Assembly: GCA_034414555.1 (NCBI GenBank)
Contig: DAOUMA010000008.1
Location: 78,560 to 142,559 of the forward strand
Direction of reading: 5' to 3'
Length of the DNA stretch: 64,000 bases
Origin: Dehalococcoidia bacterium
GTDB taxonomy: Bacteria; Chloroflexota; Dehalococcoidia; GIF9; AB-539-J10
Under the pieces are notes generated by a model. The model did not search any database and had not been told where the DNA came from. It saw only the letters and a list, made by a program, of their open reading frames with translations. Shown here in pieces: positions 46,815-55,485 of this stretch (positions within the stretch are counted from its first letter, which is position 1; the number at the start of each line of letters is the position of its first letter). Both the position numbers and the translations under genes were made by a program.

Positions 46815-48038
46815 ATGTTGAAAAAACTATCTAAGAATGTGAACAAGAACTGGCTGCTCAGCCTGCTGTTAGTCCTTACCCTTTCGCTTGTCGGATGGGG
46901 TATTAGTGCTTTGATTAGTAGTTTCATTCCGTTCTGGTCGCTACTAGGGTTTTCCGTTATTTTTTCTATTGAAAAGTGGTTAAGTTATTATACTAGGAAA
47001 TATAAGGTTGTCGGGAGAATTTATAGACTAATCTTGAATTTCTCCGTACTATCGTTGCTAGGTCTTCTTATCTGGTCTAGCGTATTGCTATTCACTCACC
47101 AATTTATGCAGAGTCCACTCATTGGGAGTTTATTATTTATAGCTGAACTCGGTGTCTTTATCTGGTTGTGTAGGGTCGTCTCAAAAAATAGCTGGCGACA
47201 ACCAAGTATGAAACTCACGGTATTTTCCTTAATATGCTTATTCCTTATATTTTCCTTTGCTGGTGTGCAACCGCTATCCGCCTACAAAGATAGTCTGTTC
47301 AACTCCATATCTACTTATTTCAGAAGCGCTAATCAACCTGCTACGACTCCCTCTTCCTCTAACGAAATCAATTCCGATACCGGCAAATATAGAAACTACT
47401 ATTTGGGTCTTGTAGATACGCCAGAAGGATATCTCTCAGGGGATGGTTGTTATGACGACACAGGAGATTTCATTGTACTCATCAACAACGAAAATGCTGT
47501 TAATCCAAGCTACTCTCAACTAGTTAGTTTCTTACAACAGGATAAGACCGATGAGTTCCCATACACTTATATAATCAGCCCACCAGGAATGTATTATGGT
47601 ACAGCAGAAAGTCATGTAGACCTAAAACATATTCAAAACATAATCGATGGAACTGCACAACCTAGTAACCCTCATGTGTGCGCCGACTTTGCCGAGAGAC
47701 TTCATAATGATGCAGAAATGGCAGGAATTAGATGCGCCTATGTAAGTGTAACATTAACTGGATATACTGACCCTTATCACTATGGTATCCTTTCTAATAC
47801 AGGCCATGCGTGCGATGCCTTTCAAACAACAGATAGAGGGCTAGTCTATATTGACGATACTGGATGGGCGGCAAACCAGCCACACCCAGTTAGAGCAGTG
47901 TCAACGGTAAGTATTGTAGTCGGACAATCCTATACACCCGTGAGCCTATTTCCCGAAGTTGGTTGGCAGAACTCATACAGTAGCATGGGAACAGTTATCG
48001 ATTTTCAAGTTATTTGGGATGGTAGTTGGAATAATTAG
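46815..48038 (+). CDS. Membrane protein: N-terminal multi-TM region plus a C-terminal soluble domain of unknown function
   Basis: 407 aa. Hydrophobic N-terminal 150 aa. Confidence 0.5.
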   Translation: MLKKLSKNVNKNWLLSLLLVLTLSLVGWGISALISSFIPFWSLLGFSVIFSIEKWLSYYTRKYKVVGRIYRLILNFSVLSLLGLLIWSSVLLFTHQFMQSPLIGSLLFIAELGVFIWLCRVVSKNSWRQPSMKLTVFSLICLFLIFSFAGVQPLSAYKDSLFNSISTYFRSANQPATTPSSSNEINSDTGKYRNYYLGLVDTPEGYLSGDGCYDDTGDFIVLINNENAVNPSYSQLVSFLQQDKTDEFPYTYIISPPGMYYGTAESHVDLKHIQNIIDGTAQPSNPHVCADFAERLHNDAEMAGIRCAYVSVTLTGYTDPYHYGILSNTGHACDAFQTTDRGLVYIDDTGWAANQPHPVRAVSTVSIVVGQSYTPVSLFPEVGWQNSYSSMGTVIDFQVIWDGSWNN

Positions 48039-48237
48039 TTCGGGGAGGTCAGGTTAACTCGTGGTTGGTATAGCCTTTTCCATTTCTCCAAAAGTTAAGC
48101 CAATTCATTCAATAGTCGTGTTAGAATACGAACATGCTGCAAAGATTTATTAACTTTATACTCACTTACTGGCAAGGACTTATTACTTCAGCTATGGGAG
48201 TAGTCCAATTGGCAATTTGTTTAGGAGAGTAAACAAG

Positions 48238-48798
48238 ATGCGCATATACTTTACATCAGATTTACATTTACACCATAAAAATATTATTCGTTATGCTCAT
48301 AGGAATCCGCCTTTTAGAAATATTGATGAAATGAATAGGGGATTAATAGCAAATTGGAATAGTACAATTACAAACTCTGATAAGGTATATCACTTGGGTG
48401 ATTTTTGTTTTACACGCGACAATCATATCTATGGCGAAGCCATGCATATGGTTCACGGTAGAACTCTATTTTTGAGGGGAAACCATGATAATGGATTACA
48501 GCATGCCGACTATTTCATTTGTCGCAAGATAGGCGGAATGAAAATATTTATGAGGCATTGGCCTCCGTGGGAACATCCACGCAGATTTATTCATTCGTTT
48601 AGTATCCCTTTTGATGTTGACCTTATTTTGTGTGGGCACGTGCATGATAAGTGGAAATCTCATGTACATAGTGTGGGGCAAAGACTCATTCCCGTAGTTA
48701 ATGTCGGAATAGATGTTTGGGGATACAAGCCAATTAACATGACTACCATAATGGAAGAGGTGAAGAGATTAGTTTCTTCAAAACAGACTAAGGTATAA
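48238..48798 (+). CDS. Calcineurin-like metallophosphoesterase
   Basis: DLHLHH, GDFCF, GNHD and GHVHD motifs. SD AGGAGAG before the ATG at 48238. Confidence 0.8.
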   Translation: MRIYFTSDLHLHHKNIIRYAHRNPPFRNIDEMNRGLIANWNSTITNSDKVYHLGDFCFTRDNHIYGEAMHMVHGRTLFLRGNHDNGLQHADYFICRKIGGMKIFMRHWPPWEHPRRFIHSFSIPFDVDLILCGHVHDKWKSHVHSVGQRLIPVVNVGIDVWGYKPINMTTIMEEVKRLVSSKQTKV

Positions 48799-48862
48799 GG
48801 GTAAATATGATAAGACTGAAACAACCAAGAGTTAACTTAACCAAAAGGAGGAGGTAAATAGA

Positions 48863-48997
48863 ATGAAGTGCCCAAAGTGTGGACACCAGATGCGAGTAAA
48901 GGTTGTAAAAGTAAGAATTAACCCCATCGCAACTGCAACACGGGACGAGCCTCATTACGTTTGCACCAACTGTGGTCATATTATGCCGAAAGACTAA
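48863..48997 (+). CDS. Small zinc-ribbon protein (44 aa)
   Basis: MKCPKCGHQM...CTNCGH. Strong SD AGGAGGAGG upstream. Below the ORF-track cutoff. Confidence 0.4.
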   Translation: MKCPKCGHQMRVKVVKVRINPIATATRDEPHYVCTNCGHIMPKD

Positions 48998-49074
48998 TTC
49001 TGAGCTTGAGCGGACGCCAGAAGTGGCTAACCTTTATGATTTAGGACATCTGTGAGCCTTTAGGGAGGTTCTCA

Positions 49075-49116
49075 AGCCGCCGATAAAGCTTCAAGCTATC
49101 CTCGAACTTCACTGAC
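49075..49116. repeat. 40-bp direct repeat, copy 2
   Basis: Matches 46676-46716. Confidence 0.65.
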
Positions 49117-49161
49117 CGGGTGAAAAATTAACGTTTTTTTGTTTCTTTTCATTTGCGTTTT

Positions 49162-49206
49162 CACAACATATAGTAGTAAAATTATTCTAAAACACAACTC
49201 TAGGGG
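49162..49206 (+). promoter_or_regulatory. Possible tandem NrdR boxes (cacaacatatagtagt ... aacacaactctagggg) upstream of nrdR-nrdJ
   Basis: Partial match to the acaCwAtATaTwGtgt-type palindrome. Weak. Confidence 0.25.
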
Positions 49207-49737
49207 GTGATTATGAAGTGTCCTTATTGTGGCGAGATGGAATCGAGGGTGGTTGACTCGCGCCCTGTAGGCGAAGGAGTGAGGCGGCGAAGGAAGTGCG
49301 CTCACTGTGGTGCTCGTTTTACCACTTATGAACGAGTTCAGCCGCGTAATGTATTTATAGTCAAAAAGGACGGGCGCCGTGAGGAATATAGTCGTGACAA
49401 GCTCTACGCCGGCATTCGCAAAGCCTGTGAGAAACGCCCTTTGCCGACCGGGGCTATTGATAAGCTTGTAGATAGCATTGAAGCTGAGATTTATAAAGCT
49501 GGTAAAGCTGAAATCCCTAGTTCGCTGATTGGCGATTTAGTCATAAGGGGATTAGAGAAACTTGACCATATCGCCTATATCCGCTTTGCCAGTGTATATC
49601 GTGAGTTCACTGACATTACTCAATTGAAACAAGAAATTGACAATCTAACTGAGGGGGAAGCAGCAACACCGTCTAATCAGTTACCGCTGCTACCACCTGA
49701 AGTGGTGAATTCGCTGATTCGTCGTCGGGGAAGGTAA
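49207..49737 (+). CDS. nrdR: Transcriptional repressor NrdR
   Basis: MKCPYCG...CAHCGARFTTYER zinc ribbon plus ATP-cone. 176 aa. Confidence 0.9.
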   Translation: MIMKCPYCGEMESRVVDSRPVGEGVRRRRKCAHCGARFTTYERVQPRNVFIVKKDGRREEYSRDKLYAGIRKACEKRPLPTGAIDKLVDSIEAEIYKAGKAEIPSSLIGDLVIRGLEKLDHIAYIRFASVYREFTDITQLKQEIDNLTEGEAATPSNQLPLLPPEVVNSLIRRRGR

Positions 49738-49739
49738 TA

Positions 49740-52277
49740 ATGGCTAATCCAAGGAAGTCTACCCGAACTAAACCTATTGACCATAATAAGGTAGTCAAGG
49801 CTGTTTTTGCTGCTGGAGAGGCTATGGGCATAACCGACAGGCTTCTGCTGGAGAAATTTACCGAGCAAGTAGCACAGCGCCTGCGGGTGGCTCAACCTCT
49901 GCCTGGTATGGAGGAATTTGTTCCGTTACAAATTAAGCATCTAACTGAGTCTCAGCTTCAGGCTGTAATCAGTGAAGTTATTACCGTTGATGAATTTTCC
50001 CCTCAAGCCCGAGGCAAGGTCGTTTCGGGAATCAAACTAAGCCAAAATGCCCTGAGGGTTCTGGAAAAGAGATATTTGATGAAGGATAAAGAGGGGAAAG
50101 TCATTGAGACTCCTAAGGCGCTATTTCGCCGTGTGGCAAAACATATTGCTAAAGCAGAGCTGATTTACGATGCTAAAGCAGATGTCTCTTCCTGGGAAAA
50201 GGCATTTTACAAGCTAATGGCAGACCTGGAGTTTCTACCCAATTCTCCCACGTTGATGAATGCTGGAAGAGAGCTGGGGCAACTTTCAGCTTGTTTTGTT
50301 ATTCCCGTTGACGATTCCATGGAGTCCATCTTCGATGCTGTGAAATACACCGCCTTAATTCATAAGAGCGGTGGTGGCACCGGTTTCTCCTTTTCCCGGC
50401 TTAGACCTGAAAATGATAGGGTCGGTTCTACCGGTGGTGTTGCCAGTGGTCCCATTTCCTTCATGAGGACTTTTGATGTAACTACTGATGTGATAAAGCA
50501 AGGGGGGATGCGGCGGGGGGCTAATATGGCAATTCTTAATGTTGACCACCCGGACATCTTGAAGTTCATCACTGTCAAAGGAGACCCAAATGCCTTGACC
50601 AATTTTAACCTATCGGTAGCGGTAACCGATGAATTTATGGAGGCGGTGAGGAAGGGGACTGATTATAACTTGGTAAATCCGCAAAGTAGGGAGGTGGCGG
50701 GGAAGCTTAATGCTAAGGAAGTATTCCACAAAATGGTGGAAATGGCATGGCGCACTGGCGACCCCGGAGTTGTATTTATAGATGAGATAAACAGACATAA
50801 TCCCACTCCTGAATTGGGCAGGATAGAAAGCACCAACCCCTGCGGGGAACAACCTCTGCTTCCCTTTGAGTCCTGTAATTTAGGCTCGATAAATTTGTCC
50901 CGGGTGGTTACTCATCAGGATGGGAAAGCGGAGATTGACTATGACAAATTATCTCATCTAGTAAGGCTGGTAGTTCGCTTTCTTGATGACGTCATTGATG
51001 TTAACCGCTTCCCCCTGCCCCAGATAGAGGAAATGACTAAGGCTACCCGGAAAATAGGCTTAGGGGTTATGGGATTTGCTGACATGCTCATCCAGCTTGG
51101 CGTTTCTTATGATAGTGAGCAAGGATTAGCCATCGCTGAGGAAGTTGCCCGTTTCGTCTCCGAAGAGGCAAACAAAGCCTCGCTGGAGCTAGGAGAGCAG
51201 AGAGGTGTTTTTCCTGCTTTTAAAGGGAGCGTTTATGATGTGCCCCGTGGTCCGCGATTTAGAAATGCCACTCGAACCACTGTAGCTCCCACCGGTAGTT
51301 TAAGCATAATTGCCAATTGCTCCAGCGGCATCGAGCCAATCTTCGCCCTGAGCTATGTACGTCATATCCTCGAGGGTGAGGAACTTGTGGAGGTAAATCC
51401 CTATTTTGAGCAAGTGGCTAAAGATGGGGGATTTTATTCTCCGGAGTTGATGAAGGATTTAGCCCTTGGGAAAAAGCTACGGGATATAGAGGGTGTTCCT
51501 GAAGATGTAAAGCGGATTTTCGTTACTGCACATGATATAACTCCAGAATGGCATGTTAAGATGCAGGCAGTTTTTCAGAGATTTTGCGATAGCGCTGTTT
51601 CCAAAACGGTTAATTTCCCCTACGAGGCAACGCCGGAGGATGTAGCTAATGTATATATGCGGGCTTATGAAGAGAAGCTGAAGGGGATAACCATTTATCG
51701 AGATAGAAGCCGGGAAAGCCAGGTTCTCACTATAGGTGAGGTGGTGAAGGGGGTTGAAAGGGGGGTTGTCCCCCGCAAAAGGCCTAAAGTTACCCGGGGC
51801 ATAACCGAGAGGGTGAGCACAGGATGTGGCTATATCTACGTAACTTTAAATTTCGATGAGCACGGGGTGGTTGAGGTCTTCTCCACCTTAGGTAAAGCTG
51901 GAGGCTGTGCTGCTGCTCAGCTTGAAGCAATAAGTCGTCTCATCTCTTTATCTCTGAGGTCCGGGCTGGATTTATCCTCCGTGGTAAAGCAATTGCGAGG
52001 CATTCGTTGTCCCTCGATTGCCTGGGAGCAAGGACATGCTATCACCTCCTGTGCGGATGCTATTGCCAGTGTGCTGCAAAAATATATCAAAAGTGGTGGT
52101 GGTAACAGTCCTGATGCTCAGAGCAGCGAAGTTATTGCCGATGCGGAAACGTCCCAGTCCGGTAACTCTGGAGTGGTTAGAAGCGCAGCGGGACAATGTC
52201 CTGAGTGCGGAGGGCCTCTTATTTACCAGGAAGGGTGTAATATCTGCCTCAATTGCGGCTTCACCAAGTGCGGGTAA
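49740..52277 (+). CDS. nrdJ: Adenosylcobalamin-dependent (class II) ribonucleotide reductase
   Basis: 845 aa. RNR fold motifs (NPCGEQPL, the thiyl-radical Cys region). C-terminal Cys4 cluster CPECGG...CNICLNCG. Starts 2 nt after the nrdR stop. Confidence 0.9.
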   Translation: MANPRKSTRTKPIDHNKVVKAVFAAGEAMGITDRLLLEKFTEQVAQRLRVAQPLPGMEEFVPLQIKHLTESQLQAVISEVITVDEFSPQARGKVVSGIKLSQNALRVLEKRYLMKDKEGKVIETPKALFRRVAKHIAKAELIYDAKADVSSWEKAFYKLMADLEFLPNSPTLMNAGRELGQLSACFVIPVDDSMESIFDAVKYTALIHKSGGGTGFSFSRLRPENDRVGSTGGVASGPISFMRTFDVTTDVIKQGGMRRGANMAILNVDHPDILKFITVKGDPNALTNFNLSVAVTDEFMEAVRKGTDYNLVNPQSREVAGKLNAKEVFHKMVEMAWRTGDPGVVFIDEINRHNPTPELGRIESTNPCGEQPLLPFESCNLGSINLSRVVTHQDGKAEIDYDKLSHLVRLVVRFLDDVIDVNRFPLPQIEEMTKATRKIGLGVMGFADMLIQLGVSYDSEQGLAIAEEVARFVSEEANKASLELGEQRGVFPAFKGSVYDVPRGPRFRNATRTTVAPTGSLSIIANCSSGIEPIFALSYVRHILEGEELVEVNPYFEQVAKDGGFYSPELMKDLALGKKLRDIEGVPEDVKRIFVTAHDITPEWHVKMQAVFQRFCDSAVSKTVNFPYEATPEDVANVYMRAYEEKLKGITIYRDRSRESQVLTIGEVVKGVERGVVPRKRPKVTRGITERVSTGCGYIYVTLNFDEHGVVEVFSTLGKAGGCAAAQLEAISRLISLSLRSGLDLSSVVKQLRGIRCPSIAWEQGHAITSCADAIASVLQKYIKSGGGNSPDAQSSEVIADAETSQSGNSGVVRSAAGQCPECGGPLIYQEGCNICLNCGFTKCG

Positions 52278-52286
52278 GTTATTAAA

Positions 52287-53732
52287 ATGGGTAGTAGAAG
52301 GAAGGATAATTACTATTTAGCTCTGAGGCAGATAGCCAAAGTTGCCAATTCAGACTTGAGCACCAGGAGAATTTTCAATTCCGTTGCTAAGAGTGCTGCT
52401 AAAGCGGTGGGTGCCAATGGCTGCCGTATTTCTTTTCTTGATGTGCAAAAGGAATATTTAATCGATGTTGGTGCTTATGGTCTCAGTGACTTTTACCTCA
52501 AGAAGGCGCCGCTTGAGGCTCGTAAAAGCATACCTGAAGTTCTTAATGGTGAAGTGGTATATATTGCCGATGCCACCAAAGATGAGAGGATTCAGCATAC
52601 TCAGATAGCAAAGGCACAAAGAATATCTTCGATACTGGCAGCTCCTATAACGGAAAAAGGCGAGGTGAGTGGTGAAATCAGGCTTTATACCCATGACATC
52701 CATCAATTCTCGGAGGGTGATAAAAATTTTATTCTCGCTGTTGCCAATCTAAGCGCTGCTCTGTTAGCGAAAGATGAGCTTCAGCGCTTATTGGGGAGTG
52801 GCTATAAGGGCCTTCAAGGACAATCGAAATTGCCGCAATTGCCTACTACATCGTTAAGGCCAACCGAGTTTGCTCACCCCAGCGAGGAGGAATTTGCCCG
52901 GCTTCTGGATTTCTATCAAATTGAGTGGCTCTATGAACCTCGTTCCTTCCCACTTCGCTGGGAAAACGGTGGAATAGTTGAGATGTTTACCCCTGACTTT
53001 TATTTACCGGAGTTTGACCTCTACATCGAGCTCACCACCTTGAAGCAGGGTTTGGTGACGGAGAAGAACCGCAAGGTGCGTCGGCTTAAGGAACTTTATC
53101 CCGAAGTTAACATCAAGCTCCTTAATAAAAACGATTTCCTCAGGCTTCTGGCTAAATATGGCTATGGCTCCTTAAGCGGGGCCAAAGTACCCGGCATTGA
53201 CCGTATTCTGTTCACCCATAATCAAATTCAGCGAAGAGTGAAAGCATTAGCACGGCAAATCTCCCGTGATTATGAAGGGGAGAAACTTATCTTGGTGGGA
53301 GTTTTGAAGGGAGTTGTCTGCTTCATGACTGACCTGATGCAACATCTTTCTGTGCCAGTTAGTGTGGATTTTATGGCTATTTCCTATTACGGTGAAGGGA
53401 AAAGTCAGCTGGTTAAAATAACCAAGGACCTCGATGATAGCATAACAGGGCAGCATGTATTGATGGTTGAGGATATTGTAGACACGGGCATGACGTTAAA
53501 TTATGTTCTGAAATATTTACTGGCTCACGAGCCAGCGAGTCTCCGTGTATGCACCTTGCTTGATAAACGAGCACGCCGGCTGGTGGATGTTCCTCTTGAT
53601 TATGTGGGTTTCGAAATTCCGGATGAGTTCATAGTTGGTTATGGGTTGGACTATAGAGGAGAATACCGTAACCTTCCCTTTATCGGTACTTTTCACCCTG
53701 AATTGGCTGAGGAAGGAAAGTCAGGAAAATAA
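52287..53732 (+). CDS. Three-part fusion protein: N-terminal GAF-like domain, a central region of unknown function, and a C-terminal hypoxanthine/guanine phosphoribosyltransferase
   Basis: The C-terminal 180 aa has an HPRT PRPP-binding motif (VLMVEDIVDTGMTL) and a LILVGVLKG start. The N-terminal 150 aa is GAF-like. 481 aa total. Confidence 0.6.
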   Translation: MGSRRKDNYYLALRQIAKVANSDLSTRRIFNSVAKSAAKAVGANGCRISFLDVQKEYLIDVGAYGLSDFYLKKAPLEARKSIPEVLNGEVVYIADATKDERIQHTQIAKAQRISSILAAPITEKGEVSGEIRLYTHDIHQFSEGDKNFILAVANLSAALLAKDELQRLLGSGYKGLQGQSKLPQLPTTSLRPTEFAHPSEEEFARLLDFYQIEWLYEPRSFPLRWENGGIVEMFTPDFYLPEFDLYIELTTLKQGLVTEKNRKVRRLKELYPEVNIKLLNKNDFLRLLAKYGYGSLSGAKVPGIDRILFTHNQIQRRVKALARQISRDYEGEKLILVGVLKGVVCFMTDLMQHLSVPVSVDFMAISYYGEGKSQLVKITKDLDDSITGQHVLMVEDIVDTGMTLNYVLKYLLAHEPASLRVCTLLDKRARRLVDVPLDYVGFEIPDEFIVGYGLDYRGEYRNLPFIGTFHPELAEEGKSGK

Positions 53733-54079
53733 AAAAAGTCCCAAGCAACCTCACCTTTTGCTTTGGTTCCTCACCTTCCCACCTTCCGGCTTCCACCTAC
53801 CTTGCGCCCTCACTTTTGGTTCCTGCGCCTTTCTGTTTCGGCCTTCCAGGATTGGGCTCCTCACCACCCGCCTTCCAGCTTGGTTGCTTGGAACTAATTA
53901 TTTACTGTATCACATTATTATAAGTTTGTCAATAGTTAATACCTAAAAAAATTTGATTTGTGGTTTTAGAGCATCTTTTCCAGCTCTTTCTTTTGCTATT
54001 TTACCATCCTGGCTAATATAGCCCGAAAGGGAAGTAAAATTATAATTACACAAAGCGAAAAGCTAATTAGAAAAAGATC

Positions 54080-55033
54080 CTATAACTTGCCCTCTTGCCC
54101 CAGTTTCTTGATGATATCCGAAGCAGCCGAGTAAGGGTCAGTCCTTTTGTTCACTAAGTCGTCTATCAGCTTTTCCAGATAATTATTCTGGTTAACTATC
54201 TGGAAGACGTGGTCCATTAAGGAACTCTTAAGCACTTCAATTAGCTCAAGCCTTGCTCTCTCCTTAAGATGTGTATCGTGTCCTCCAGTAGCGATGAGGA
54301 ATTCCTTATGCTGGTAAATTCCCTCCACCAACTCATCAATCCCTTTATTATTGACCGCTTCAGTTAAGAATATTTTGGGCTTCCATGCCTGTGGAGAATA
54401 AACACTCATTTGGAGCATCGCTTCTAGCTCCGCTTTCAATTCATCAGCCCCCTTTTTATCTGCTTTGTTTATGACAAAGATATCAGCTATCTCTAGAATG
54501 CCAGCTTTAAGCGTTTGAACCCAATCCCCCATTCCAGGGACTAAGATCACCATAGAGGTGTGAGTGAAATTAATTATATCTACCTCTGCTTGACCTGCGC
54601 CTACGGTTTCTATCAAGATGATATCCTTACCCATGGCATCCATAATGTTAATAACGTTGGCTGTAGCCCGGGATAGTCCTCCTCGCCAGCCTCTCGTAGC
54701 CAAACTCCTGATAAAAACACCCCCGTCCGTGGCATGTCTCTGCATCCTTATCCTGTCCCCCAGTATTGCACCACCACTAAAGGGGCTGGAGGGGTCGATA
54801 GCGATAACACCAATTGTCTTACCCCTCTTCCTGAAGACATCTATCAGCAGGTCTATTAAGGTACTTTTCCCCGAACCCGGGGAACCCGTAATACCAATGA
54901 TGTAGGACCTCCCAGTATGGGGGTAGAGGGCTTTTAACTCTTCGATAGCACTCGGCAATTCATCTTCCACATCTCTTATCAATCTTGCCGTTGCCTTTAT
55001 ATTGCCTTGCAATACCTCTTTCGCAAGTCTCAT
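54080..55033 (-). CDS. meaB: Methylmalonyl-CoA mutase-associated GTPase MeaB/ArgK
   Basis: GITGSPGSGKSTL P-loop. 317 aa. Confidence 0.9.
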   Translation of the reverse strand: MRLAKEVLQGNIKATARLIRDVEDELPSAIEELKALYPHTGRSYIIGITGSPGSGKSTLIDLLIDVFRKRGKTIGVIAIDPSSPFSGGAILGDRIRMQRHATDGGVFIRSLATRGWRGGLSRATANVINIMDAMGKDIILIETVGAGQAEVDIINFTHTSMVILVPGMGDWVQTLKAGILEIADIFVINKADKKGADELKAELEAMLQMSVYSPQAWKPKIFLTEAVNNKGIDELVEGIYQHKEFLIATGGHDTHLKERARLELIEVLKSSLMDHVFQIVNQNNYLEKLIDDLVNKRTDPYSAASDIIKKLGQEGKL

Positions 55034-55065
55034 TTATGGTACCTCATCACTCTTCTTCTCCAACA

Positions 55066-55476
55066 TTATGCATGCCGGGGTTTCACATTAGCTCTTGTCC
55101 AATTTATTATCTCGCTGAGAGATGAGCCTGGTAAGAATATTTCTTTAATCCCCACTTTCTTAAGCTTTGGAATATCTTCTTTGGGGATGATACCTCCCAC
55201 TATAACTATTATATCTTCCGCCTTATTTTCCTTCAGCAGCTCAACTACCCGTGGGAACAAGTAGACATGAGCGCCAGAGAGACAACTTAGACCGATTAGA
55301 TCAACATCCTCCTGCAAAGCTGCATTGACAATCTGCTCTGGAGTCTGATGCAGGCCAGTGTATATGACCTCAAATCCGGCATCTCTATAAGCTCGAGCTA
55401 CAATTTTCACTCCCCGGTCATGACCATCAAGCCCTGGCTTGGCAACCAGAATCCTTATCTTCCTTTCCGAACTCAT
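55066..55476 (-). CDS. Methylmalonyl-CoA mutase small (B12-binding) subunit
   Basis: [17 protein letters not shown] is the DxHxxG cobalamin-binding motif. 136 aa. Confidence 0.9.
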   Translation of the reverse strand: MSSERKIRILVAKPGLDGHDRGVKIVARAYRDAGFEVIYTGLHQTPEQIVNAALQEDVDLIGLSCLSGAHVYLFPRVVELLKENKAEDIIVIVGGIIPKEDIPKLKKVGIKEIFLPGSSLSEIINWTRANVKPRHA

Positions 55477-55485
55477 CTTCTCTTC

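Noticed and set aside
15825-49116. Integron (attC-flanked cassettes), suggested by the recurring short repeats around gene blocks
   Set aside because: The repeats belong to several unrelated families. The bracketed blocks are multi-gene and in mixed orientation with their own promoters. No intI gene or attC-type R''/L'' core symmetry is seen.
53745-53930. Possible CRISPR or minisatellite
   Set aside because: The repeats are irregular and degenerate, with no constant repeat or spacer periodicity.
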